The translations under genes were made by a program, and so were the position numbers. A stretch of 64,000 nt of DNA, from IMG/VR virus record IMGVR_UViG_3300046804_002963, positions 1,187 to 65,186 of that record; one strand, given 5' to 3'. Positions 53,399 through 62,054 of the stretch are shown here, one piece after another. The notes beneath the pieces are model-generated. The model was given only the letters and a program-made list of their open reading frames with translations. It made no database searches and had not been told where the DNA came from. This stretch comes from a virus (lineage: Duplodnaviria; Caudoviricetes). How positions within the stretch are numbered: the first letter of the stretch is position 1; every line of letters begins with the position of its first letter.

Positions 53399-55173
53399 TA
53401 TGCACTCCTAATTCCTAAAGCGGCCTTTGCAAAAGAAGGAATAATTCCTTGTCTCTTTTCATTACAACCTGGATCAGCACAAGTTAATACTAGACCATTT
53501 GATCCAGAACCAACCGGTGCGGCCCAAACGTGGACGTGGATACCGCCTTGATTATTTTTTTCTAGAAACAATTGTCTTGTTGGTGTATTATCTCTCAAGA
53601 AAGCTGCCATTTCAGCTGTCAAGTCGTGACTACCTCTTGGCATAGCCGAGAAGTCGATAGCACCACCTGTACCGTGATTTTTAGTACCTTTTCTAAACCA
53701 ACTAGAAATTCTTACACGACTGCCATACTTGTCTATAAGTGGATCCATACAGTTCCATGCAGTATTCATTGCTTCTTTAATAACAGCCTGGAACTGATCT
53801 GGTGAACAAGATCTAATATCAAGAATATGACCAACAGTTAGATGTCTTGATATTTTTTCATTAGAGTTCATTGCTGATGAAGGGATAGGTAAAGGATTCT
53901 GTTCTGACTTACCAGCACCTGAAATACCTTGAGGTTTATCATAAGAAGATTGAGCAGGAGGAGGGATAGTCTCCCCACTTCTTTCTTGATTTTGTTGAGG
54001 TGCACCTGCGCCGTTGTTACCCTTTGCAGCTGCTTCTGCTCTAGGATTAATAGTATCACCATCCATCTTATACATAACAACCTTACTATCAGGCATTCTC
54101 ATAGCATTTTTAGGGAAGTCAGGAGCTTCTCTTACTGTTGTCATATTATCGATAATCATTTCTGGTGTAGCGTATTGTGCTTGAGGTGCTACTTTTGCTG
54201 TTGCCGGATCAACTGGGCTAGCTCCCCCTTCGTTTACATCTACTCTTGCACTACTTCTGATATCCATATTACCAGTAGAGTGTGTCGTCATAGTACCTTT
54301 AGTTGTAAACTTAGCATCTCCAGTAGAAGCTAACGTCATGTTATCTTTAGTAGATACTGACATAGCTTTATCTGCTTTAACATTAAAGCCTTTTTGAGAA
54401 TCCATGGCCATATCTTCTTTTGATTGCAATGCCATGTTCTTATATGCGCTTATTGATGTATTAGCATCAGCTCTAGCAGTAAAATTCTTTCCTACATCAA
54501 GTGAGTAATTACCAGTAACTTGAGTACGACCTTCTCCAGCCACCGTAGTTCTAGCATCTCCAGCAACTGTTATCATATGATCTTTAACGATTTCTTGAAT
54601 AAGTCTGCCGTCTGTAAACTGTTCAATAGAGCCTTCAACGTAAGTAGACATGTCACCGCCTACCCATATATCAAAATTACCACCTACGTTGAGATCTAAG
54701 TCACCGTTTGTTTCTAAAGTAATTTTTGACTCACCTTTAATGATAATATGACCTTGTGCATGAATAGCACCGTCACCTTTAGGAGCAACTACACCGAAAC
54801 CCTTTTTACCGGTAGAGATAATATGAATAGAGCCGTCAGCATCAATCATAACTGTTGCACCTGTATGATGATGCATAGTAATAACGTCACTTCCCATATT
54901 GTTATCGATAGTGACTCTGTTACCTGTTGGTGAAACAAATCCTTGCACATCGGTAGGTTTTCCAGCACCACCAATTGCGGTACCTGCATTTGGACCAGTA
55001 TGACCAATTGTTGTTTCACTACCTATACCAGGCTTTTCTTTAACATCTATACAATAGCCTGGTGTACGTATGGGAGCGTTAATCATCTGAGGTGAGTCGC
55101 CTCGAGAAGCACCGTCGCCTTCTCTATTAACTACTCTACGTGTACGTTCTGAGTCTGATGCAAACTGATCCAT
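53398..55173 (-). CDS. gp5 C-terminal beta-helix protein fused to a peptidase M15-like domain; probable start ATG 55173
   Basis: IDN..G...I...H.TG....I..DGS, V.G....V.G repeats, then KISRHLT...ISSWFR...HGTGGAIDF...IHVH. Confidence 0.78.
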   Translation of the reverse strand: MDQFASDSERTRRVVNREGDGASRGDSPQMINAPIRTPGYCIDVKEKPGIGSETTIGHTGPNAGTAIGGAGKPTDVQGFVSPTGNRVTIDNNMGSDVITMHHHTGATVMIDADGSIHIISTGKKGFGVVAPKGDGAIHAQGHIIIKGESKITLETNGDLDLNVGGNFDIWVGGDMSTYVEGSIEQFTDGRLIQEIVKDHMITVAGDARTTVAGEGRTQVTGNYSLDVGKNFTARADANTSISAYKNMALQSKEDMAMDSQKGFNVKADKAMSVSTKDNMTLASTGDAKFTTKGTMTTHSTGNMDIRSSARVDVNEGGASPVDPATAKVAPQAQYATPEMIIDNMTTVREAPDFPKNAMRMPDSKVVMYKMDGDTINPRAEAAAKGNNGAGAPQQNQERSGETIPPPAQSSYDKPQGISGAGKSEQNPLPIPSSAMNSNEKISRHLTVGHILDIRSCSPDQFQAVIKEAMNTAWNCMDPLIDKYGSRVRISSWFRKGTKNHGTGGAIDFSAMPRGSHDLTAEMAAFLRDNTPTRQLFLEKNNQGGIHVHVWAAPVGSGSNGLVLTCADPGCNEKRQGIIPSFAKAALGIRSA

Positions 55174-55178
55174 TTTAA

Positions 55179-55562
55179 TTACCCACAATAATTTCTATAA
55201 AGAGAATGTAAACCTAATTCTAATTTTTCACTATCTTCACAAGTTATTTCTGCTGAATCACCCCAACGAGAATGTTCTCTCATCATCTCATAAAGAGTTA
55301 CCTTCTGTGGTTCTGAGATATAATAATTTGAATTAATTCTCTTTGCCTTTTCGTTGACAAAAGTATCATCACCACCAATAATACAAACTGTAGCCGAATC
55401 TTCTCCAGGCTCCTCACCCATATACAACATACCATTAACGTCTAAAATATAGTTAAAAGAAGAATATCTATTAAGACTAATTGATTCGTTTCTTTTAGTT
55501 CCGGAAAAACTAAAAGATAAATTTTTTGAAAAAGAAGGTGCTCCAGGAGAAACTAACTTCAT
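55179..55562 (-). CDS. Degenerate amidase_2 (T7 lysozyme-like) protein
   Basis: NYILDVNG.LY.G...SATVCIIGG...SEPQKVTL mirrors the amidase pattern YHY.I..DG...G...SIGICLVGG...Q..SL but lacks the Zn-binding His residues. Confidence 0.5.
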   Translation of the reverse strand: MKLVSPGAPSFSKNLSFSFSGTKRNESISLNRYSSFNYILDVNGMLYMGEEPGEDSATVCIIGGDDTFVNEKAKRINSNYYISEPQKVTLYEMMREHSRWGDSAEITCEDSEKLELGLHSLYRNYCG

Positions 55563-56560
55563 GCGCTGTTTCCTTTAGCATTAGCTGATCCAGTATAGGA
55601 CATAGAAGAATATATTTTCTGTGCCATATTCATTTTAGCTCTAAATGTTCCTTCATTCTTATCTACTTGCCACACACCATTAATTTTTTTCCAAGCAGAA
55701 CCGCGTCCAGACATATAAACTGCAACCATTGCATCTTGTAAATTAGTTGCAACAAGGAGTCTATTATAAGCTTTCTTTTCAGACGTGTGTAATTCATGCC
55801 AGAAAAAATCTAACTGTTTTTCTAACGGTGGTAAATTTGGAGGTTGAACACGAGTACTTATACCGCAAAATCTTAACATAGGACCATAACGATCATATTT
55901 ACCTTCACGCCATTGTCCAATACCATAAGAAGCTTTATTACCCTCTTCTCTATTCCAGTCTGCAGCATTTTTAGCTTGTGGGTTAATACTCGCTCCAGAT
56001 TCATTTTGTAAGTGTCCCACTAATGCAGAACAAATTGCTTTAAGGTCTCCAGAATAAGCACCCTCTGAAGTAAACTTTTGCCAAAAATAATTGTAGCATT
56101 TTTGAGGGTTGCCTCCGCCTTCAAGCGCAGTAGTAGTGGGAGCTCCTGTATTACTATCTATATTTCCATTTGCTCTTGTTTCTGCTGGATTAGAAGAGTT
56201 AGATTCACTTGTATTAGTATCAGTATTATTACTTTGTTTAGGAGAAGAATCGCTTGATCCTTGACCCCCATTAACAACACCAAATACAATTGGTTGTTGA
56301 CTGTCTACATGGTCAGCAAAAAAGCCTACAACCCAGGTACCAGGTGTTAACGCGTGACTAACTGTCCCACCAGAAGCTCCTGTAGTTGTAGGCAGCAAAA
56401 CTAAAGCCCAAGGTAAGTCACCATCAGATACTTTAGTTGTGTCTTCGGTATGATGTATACCAAATATTCTTACGCGTACACGAGAACGATCATCGCCAAT
56501 ATCTTTGACGACGCCAACAAACCATCTAAATTTATCACCATAAAAATCTTCTGTTATCAT
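55559..56560 (-). CDS. gp5: gp5 N-terminal OB-fold fused to a phage tail lysozyme domain
   Basis: WFVGVV..I.D...RVRVRIFGIH...LPWA...GTWVVGFFAD...QQPIVFG; then ALVGHLQNESG...SYGIGQW...QLDFFWHEL. Confidence 0.85.
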   Translation of the reverse strand: MITEDFYGDKFRWFVGVVKDIGDDRSRVRVRIFGIHHTEDTTKVSDGDLPWALVLLPTTTGASGGTVSHALTPGTWVVGFFADHVDSQQPIVFGVVNGGQGSSDSSPKQSNNTDTNTSESNSSNPAETRANGNIDSNTGAPTTTALEGGGNPQKCYNYFWQKFTSEGAYSGDLKAICSALVGHLQNESGASINPQAKNAADWNREEGNKASYGIGQWREGKYDRYGPMLRFCGISTRVQPPNLPPLEKQLDFFWHELHTSEKKAYNRLLVATNLQDAMVAVYMSGRGSAWKKINGVWQVDKNEGTFRAKMNMAQKIYSSMSYTGSANAKGNSA

Positions 56561-57978
56561 TGTTTAGGTTTGCCAGTTTGTGGGTCTATTACAGTATCTT
56601 GCGAACGTTGATTACCACCATCACTATATTTGGATGATGTAGCCAGCCTATTCAAGTAACCATCTTTATTAACTCTCATAGTAGTAACAGCTCTATCACC
56701 TGCTGTTAGAACTTGTTTTACTTCTGTTACTATAAAGTAACCTGAAATATAGCCATCTTGTTCAACAATATTAAATGCGTGATTTTCTGGTAACTCACAG
56801 AATATTATATCACCTGCGTTTAATTCCATATTAGCAGGAACTGTAATGTTGAGATCTACTTGATTAAGAGCATATAGGTACTTATTAGCGTTGCCAAACT
56901 TATATCTAAAATTTTGAATCATCTGACTTTGATCATCAGAGTCTGGAAAGTTATTTAAGATATAACGAATTCTATTTGAGTATTCTTTTTGCTCTGGTTT
57001 ATTCTTTACGTAATCTATATATTCTTTTGTATTAAGAGGAAATTTACCTAATGTAACTTTACCGGGATTATCATATTCGAGTTCAGTAGGAGTGCTTTCA
57101 TAACTTTTTTGAAGCATACTAATCTCAAATAATTCATTTTGAAAATATCCACCCGCAACTTTTTCTATAGATGAAAATCTTTTATTAGTAACAAGATTAG
57201 TAATAAATCTTAAATCTGAATCACTATCTGTACTCTTTGCTCGACCAAGTTCTACATCCGAAACGTATTTGTATTTCTTATTTTCTATAGTTTTAGCGCC
57301 CGCTCCATCTAGCGCATCTTCTATTAACTTTTGAACTGTTAGAAAATTAAATTTATCCATATCTTCATAAAACAGATATAGAAAGTGGTCTTTATATTCT
57401 TTAGCAACTGCATGCTTAGCCAACCACTGAATAGCAGCTAATGGTCGCATATTTGGAATAACAAACTGTCTTACTTTAATAGATTCTTCTATTTTAAGAT
57501 CTTTAGTTACTTTAAATTTTTCTTCTGTATCTTTTTTAATATATTCTTCGTATAGTAGTTTAGCTGCATCTTCTGCACGTTCATTATATGCATGTGATAC
57601 CATCTTACGAGTGTTTTGAAGGAACTCAACACTAACAAGATCAATAATAAACATAAGGGCGCGCGCTCTATCGTCAGCTGCGATATCTCTTACACCTTTA
57701 ATAAGGAACTTAATACTTTTTGTTTCTTCTTTTGATCTCTCAGCAACATTTTTAAATGTATATGTTACGTCTACTATCTCTTCACCATTAAAAGGGTAAT
57801 TAACAAACAAACCGATATTATCGTTAATAAGCATCTCTGCTTGTATAACAGGTTCAAAGATAGATTGAAATAAAGAAAGTTCAACAAATTGCGGTAGGAT
57901 ACTTTGTTTAAAGCTTCCATTAAACTTATTGATAGTTACTTCTTGTATTTTAATCTGTAAAGGATTAAGATTAGCCAT
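56557..57978 (-). CDS. Baseplate hub/tail protein (gp27-like position)
   Basis: FQSIFEP...IND..GL...P..GEE, FYED...FNF, VPAN.EL.AGDII, SGYFIVTEVK; lies between gp53 and gp5. Confidence 0.7.
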   Translation of the reverse strand: MANLNPLQIKIQEVTINKFNGSFKQSILPQFVELSLFQSIFEPVIQAEMLINDNIGLFVNYPFNGEEIVDVTYTFKNVAERSKEETKSIKFLIKGVRDIAADDRARALMFIIDLVSVEFLQNTRKMVSHAYNERAEDAAKLLYEEYIKKDTEEKFKVTKDLKIEESIKVRQFVIPNMRPLAAIQWLAKHAVAKEYKDHFLYLFYEDMDKFNFLTVQKLIEDALDGAGAKTIENKKYKYVSDVELGRAKSTDSDSDLRFITNLVTNKRFSSIEKVAGGYFQNELFEISMLQKSYESTPTELEYDNPGKVTLGKFPLNTKEYIDYVKNKPEQKEYSNRIRYILNNFPDSDDQSQMIQNFRYKFGNANKYLYALNQVDLNITVPANMELNAGDIIFCELPENHAFNIVEQDGYISGYFIVTEVKQVLTAGDRAVTTMRVNKDGYLNRLATSSKYSDGGNQRSQDTVIDPQTGKPKQ

Positions 57979-58550
57979 TAGCTAATAAGATCTCTAAATT
58001 GCATTTTAAATTCAGAAATAAAATTTTCTCTAAGAAGTTTTATTTCTCTTTTACTTTCATTTACTTCATGTTCATAATCATAGATGGTTTTTGGTACCCA
58101 TCCTGCTACACTATTAACATCTTGAGCTAATTTATAATCATAAGTTTCAGGTGTCATAGTGTAGTTATATGAGTTTATTTCTTCTTTTGAATCTGAGTTT
58201 AGGCCTTTGTAGTAGTAGTGCTTAATTGATGATTGTATAACAGATGAAGCTAATCTTTCTGCAGCTGTATTATATTTTTGTTCGAGATATACTTTAAACT
58301 GGTTATCGTCCATAACCCAATCTTTGTAAGGATCAATTATCTTATTTACTACTAGCACAACCCAATCAAGTTTAGGATCACCATATTCATTATATGCAAT
58401 AATATCTGGACGCTCACCTTCTTTAACAACATAGTTATAAAAACGATTATAGTCTTTAAGGTAAGTATCTATAATAGCTACTTTACGAAGAATATGAGTT
58501 CCTACTTGATTATTATAGTCTATATACGGAAAATAGTTAAACATAGACAT
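57978..58550 (-). CDS. gp53: Baseplate wedge subunit
   Basis: FNYFP.IDY, Y.VKEGERPDIIA...YGD...DWVVL..N.IIDPY.DW, YE.E.NESKREIKLL. Confidence 0.88.
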   Translation of the reverse strand: MSMFNYFPYIDYNNQVGTHILRKVAIIDTYLKDYNRFYNYVVKEGERPDIIAYNEYGDPKLDWVVLVVNKIIDPYKDWVMDDNQFKVYLEQKYNTAAERLASSVIQSSIKHYYYKGLNSDSKEEINSYNYTMTPETYDYKLAQDVNSVAGWVPKTIYDYEHEVNESKREIKLLRENFISEFKMQFRDLIS

Positions 58551-59371
58551 TAGCCTAAACTCCCTGAGCTTCCGCCAGTGGCACTTCCTAATGTACTTGC
58601 TCTTCTATTTCTATTGAGAAAATTTTCTCTAGTTTGAATATTAATTTCTGTAAATCCTAATGTCATTTCAATTGTTACTGGTCGACCATCTTTAAAGAAC
58701 GCTGGTACACCTGACCCCATAGAGTTAATATCTAGACGAGTAATAAAAGAATCGCTTACTTCCGGAAGAAGGTTTGTATCACCTACATCAAACTCTACTC
58801 TTGCAATATAAGGATATTCAAGTGCAAATCCACCACCTAATATTCTTGGATGCATATAAGCTTTTATATAGTTAATAATATTTTCTATATCTTGAGCTTC
58901 TTCTTGAGAGCGAGGAGCAAGTTTCCAGTTGAAAGAATAGTTCTTCAGACGTACACCTTCAAAGATAGTAGTTAAGTGAGGGTTTCTAATAAACCCTGCT
59001 CTTGTTTGCGCATAACGACCTGCTACAGTATCAGAAATACCAGGAGCAACAGCAGCTGTTTCTACTGCTACTTTTTTAAGAAGATCTAGAGTAGGACCTT
59101 CAGACTTTAATTGCTTCCAATATTGTTCTGCTTTAGTAGCACCAGCGGCATATACTTCACCTGCTTTACCTAAATTACCTAACAAATCCATCTTTTCATC
59201 GTTAGTTGCGATGTTAAACGAATCAGTAAGATTCGTTGGCAGAGGAAGTCTAAAGACAGCTTCTGTTGTAACTGTCTGATTAGATCCTGGTGTGGGTCTC
59301 GAATACTTTCTCATGATGAGTCTAGTACCGAGATTCTCTTGTTCTCTAGGAAAGTTGTACTGTACAGCCAT
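58550..59371 (-). CDS. gp48: Baseplate tail tube cap
   Basis: LPLP..L.D, NPHLTTIFEGV.L..YSFNWKLAPRSQEEA, F.DG.PV...MTL.FTE. Confidence 0.8.
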   Translation of the reverse strand: MAVQYNFPREQENLGTRLIMRKYSRPTPGSNQTVTTEAVFRLPLPTNLTDSFNIATNDEKMDLLGNLGKAGEVYAAGATKAEQYWKQLKSEGPTLDLLKKVAVETAAVAPGISDTVAGRYAQTRAGFIRNPHLTTIFEGVRLKNYSFNWKLAPRSQEEAQDIENIINYIKAYMHPRILGGGFALEYPYIARVEFDVGDTNLLPEVSDSFITRLDINSMGSGVPAFFKDGRPVTIEMTLGFTEINIQTRENFLNRNRRASTLGSATGGSSGSLG

Positions 59372-59382
59372 TTAATTCCTCA

Positions 59383-59406
59383 AATAAATAGTTAATTATA
59401 TTTATA
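59383..59406. promoter_or_regulatory. Pair of opposite-strand late promoters in the gp48/gp4 divergence
   Basis: AATAAATA on + (59383-59390) toward gp4 and TATAAATA on - (59399-59406) toward gp48. Confidence 0.7.
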
Positions 59407-59418
59407 TGGTATCTCAGA

Positions 59419-59865
59419 ATGGCTTACAAAGGACGATTTAAACCTCATAACCCTCAAAAATATAAGGGTAATCCAACTAACATTATATACAGAAGTTTGT
59501 GGGAGTTAAGGTTTATGAGGTATTTAGATCAACATAATGATGTTATAGAATGGTCATCTGAAGAGATTATCATACCCTATAAGAGTCCTATTGATAATAG
59601 GTATCATAGATACTTTCCAGATTTCTATGTTAAAATGAAAGATCAAAACAACCAAATAAATACTATGTTAGTAGAAATAAAACCGAGAAATCAAGTTAAA
59701 GAGCCAGTAAAGAAAGATGGAAAAGTAACTAAAAGATATCTCAATGAAGTCTTTACTTTTGGTATCAATTCAGCTAAATGGAAAGCAGCTGAAGAATTTT
59801 GCAAACAAAGATCCTGGCAGTTTAAAATACTTACAGAGAACGAATTAGGAGTTGGTAAAGGTTAA
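59419..59865 (+). CDS. gp4: Head completion nuclease
   Basis: MAYKGRFKP.NP.KYKGNPTNIIYRSLWE...WSSEE..IPY...HRYFPDF...EIKP...NSAKWKAA. Confidence 0.92.
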   Translation: MAYKGRFKPHNPQKYKGNPTNIIYRSLWELRFMRYLDQHNDVIEWSSEEIIIPYKSPIDNRYHRYFPDFYVKMKDQNNQINTMLVEIKPRNQVKEPVKKDGKVTKRYLNEVFTFGINSAKWKAAEEFCKQRSWQFKILTENELGVGKG

Positions 59866-60455
59866 TGCCTATTTTTACAGATATTCTAGAAGAAGGTAGA
59901 AGATCTTTTAGTAAACCAGGTGGGTTAGATTCTCGAGACTGGTTTAGAGAAAGAGCACGTGAAGTTCGTAATGTTAATCCTAATAATATTATTAGAAGTA
60001 ATCGCGAGCTTAATCGCAATATAATAAGACCAGGCTTCTTATACCTGTTCAATTATGATCCTCTCAATAAACAAAAGCTACCATATTATGATAGATTCCC
60101 GCTTGTATTTCCTTTTCATGATGACGGCGATAGTTTTCTTGGTATGAATCTTCACTATATACCTCACATTTATAGAGCACGATTAATGGATTTGCTCTAT
60201 GATTTAACTAACAATGATAAGTTTAATGAAACTACTAAGATTAGAGCTTCATATCAATTATTAAGTTCTGCAGCTCGATATAAATATTTTACACCATGTG
60301 TAAAGAGATATCTCTATAGTCATGTTAAATCAAGATTTTTATTAATACCTGCAAATGAATGGGATATTGCTCTATTCTTACCATTAGAGAGATTTAATAA
60401 AGCAGGTCTTAATCAAGTTTATAAAGATTCAAGAAAGATAATAAATGGCCTTTAA
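59865..60455 (+). CDS. gp2: DNA end protector protein
   Basis: YDP..K.KLPYYDRFPLV, GMNLHY, CVKRYL..HV.SRF, W..ALFLP.E.F. Confidence 0.9.
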   Translation: MPIFTDILEEGRRSFSKPGGLDSRDWFRERAREVRNVNPNNIIRSNRELNRNIIRPGFLYLFNYDPLNKQKLPYYDRFPLVFPFHDDGDSFLGMNLHYIPHIYRARLMDLLYDLTNNDKFNETTKIRASYQLLSSAARYKYFTPCVKRYLYSHVKSRFLLIPANEWDIALFLPLERFNKAGLNQVYKDSRKIINGL

Positions 60456-61149
60456 AGTATCAGAAATGATGGGGAGCATAAACTCTCATGGCGGCTTAGT
60501 TAAGTCGTCAAAATATGATGTAGTTTTATATCCTCCTCAAGGCTTAGTAGGCGAAATTCTTACTAATGACATTCGCTTTATGTGTGAATCTGCTCAGCTT
60601 CCTGGGCTAACATTCCAGACTGATGAAGTAAGACCATCCGGGTATGGTAATATAGAAAAAAGACCATATACTACTATTATACAAGACGTTAATCTTTCTT
60701 TTTATATTGATAATGAAGGTAGAGCTATTAATCTTTTTCACGCTTGGCAACAAGCAGTTTACAACTTTAACGGTACTACTAGTCCTTATGCAGCATCTCA
60801 AAGAGGTCTACAGAAATGGCTGTTTGCTTACCCTAAAGAGTACTATGGTTCAGTTGAGATTAGATTGTATGACGAATCTGCAGGCAAAGAAGGTCCAGAT
60901 AGTGAGATAATTGTATATACTCTACATGAAGCTTATCCTCTTACTGTTGGAGAAGCTCAGGTAAGCTGGCAACAATCAGATCAATTACTACTTCTTCCAG
61001 TTACTATGACTTTTAATTATTGGACCACTCAGGCAATCGATCCTGGATCTGTTACAGAACAGGCTCGTACAAGAGCACAGGCTCTTCCTAGCACTCAAAC
61101 TAGAATTGATCCAAACCTTTCACAGATTAGAGAACGCGTTGAACTTTAA
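60445..61149 (+). CDS. gp54: Tail tube initiator (gp54/gp19-like)
   Basis: GG......Y.V, MCESAQLPG, F..WQ, Y.KEY.G, L.EAYP, L.VT..F.YW. Confidence 0.7.
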   Translation: MAFKVSEMMGSINSHGGLVKSSKYDVVLYPPQGLVGEILTNDIRFMCESAQLPGLTFQTDEVRPSGYGNIEKRPYTTIIQDVNLSFYIDNEGRAINLFHAWQQAVYNFNGTTSPYAASQRGLQKWLFAYPKEYYGSVEIRLYDESAGKEGPDSEIIVYTLHEAYPLTVGEAQVSWQQSDQLLLLPVTMTFNYWTTQAIDPGSVTEQARTRAQALPSTQTRIDPNLSQIRERVEL

Positions 61150-61173
61150 CATTCTATAGAATAGGAATTTGAA

Positions 61174-61869
61174 ATGGCACTACCTAAGATTAAACATCCA
61201 ACATATAAGGCTACAATACCTTCTACTAAAAAAGAAGTTACGCTTAGACCTTTTACTGTTCAAGAAGAAAAGATTCTTCTTATGGCTAAGTCTACCGAAA
61301 AGACTGCTGATATAGTATCTGCAGTAAAGCAAATTATTCAAAATTGTGTGCAAGAAAGTATTGATATTGAGAAGCTTGCTACATTTGATATTGAATATTT
61401 GTTTATTCGTTTAAGAGCTAAGTCTGTAGGTGAAATAGTAGATCTAGAATATACAGACCCGGATACAAAAGAAGTAATTAGATTTAAGCTTAACTTAGAT
61501 GATGTTCAGGTTAAATTTAACGATGGACATACAAATAAAATTAAGATTATGGATGATGTGGGCATTGCTATGCGATATCCTACATTGGAAGAGCTAAAAT
61601 CTATTGAAGAAGGTGGTGATGAGGAAAAGACAGTCACCACAGTATTAAAGAGATGTATTGATAAAATATATGATAAAGATAATGTATATACTGACTATAC
61701 AGATCAAGAATTAGATGAGTTTATTAATAGTTTACCTTTAGAGAGCATGACATCAATAAAGGAATTTTTTGATACTATGCCATCTTTAGAGCACACAGTA
61801 GAATTAAAGAATAAAGCAGGTGAGACTAAAAAGATTGTTCTAAAAGGAATTAATAGTTTTTTTACGTAA
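61174..61869 (+). CDS. gp26: Baseplate hub subunit
   Basis: MALPKI..PTY...IPST...RPFTVQEEKILLMA, FDIEYLFIRLRAKSVGE, MRYP, FFDTMP, GINSFF. Confidence 0.9.
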   Translation: MALPKIKHPTYKATIPSTKKEVTLRPFTVQEEKILLMAKSTEKTADIVSAVKQIIQNCVQESIDIEKLATFDIEYLFIRLRAKSVGEIVDLEYTDPDTKEVIRFKLNLDDVQVKFNDGHTNKIKIMDDVGIAMRYPTLEELKSIEEGGDEEKTVTTVLKRCIDKIYDKDNVYTDYTDQELDEFINSLPLESMTSIKEFFDTMPSLEHTVELKNKAGETKKIVLKGINSFFT

Positions 61870-62054
61870 TGACCGGGTATAGTAATATTGCGGTCTATTA
61901 TAATACATTATTTTCTTTAGTTCAACACCATAAATATACATTGACTGAGGTTAATGAGATGTATCCGTTTGAGCGTGATCTCTTCGTTGAGCTCATAGTA
62001 AAATATTTAAAAGAAGTAGAAGAACAAAAGAAGAATAATGGCCAGTCTTGGTAA
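61869..62054 (+). CDS. gp51: Baseplate hub assembly catalyst
   Basis: YY...FSLVQHHKY.L.E...M.PFERD....L..YL.E. Confidence 0.85.
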   Translation: MTGYSNIAVYYNTLFSLVQHHKYTLTEVNEMYPFERDLFVELIVKYLKEVEEQKKNNGQSW

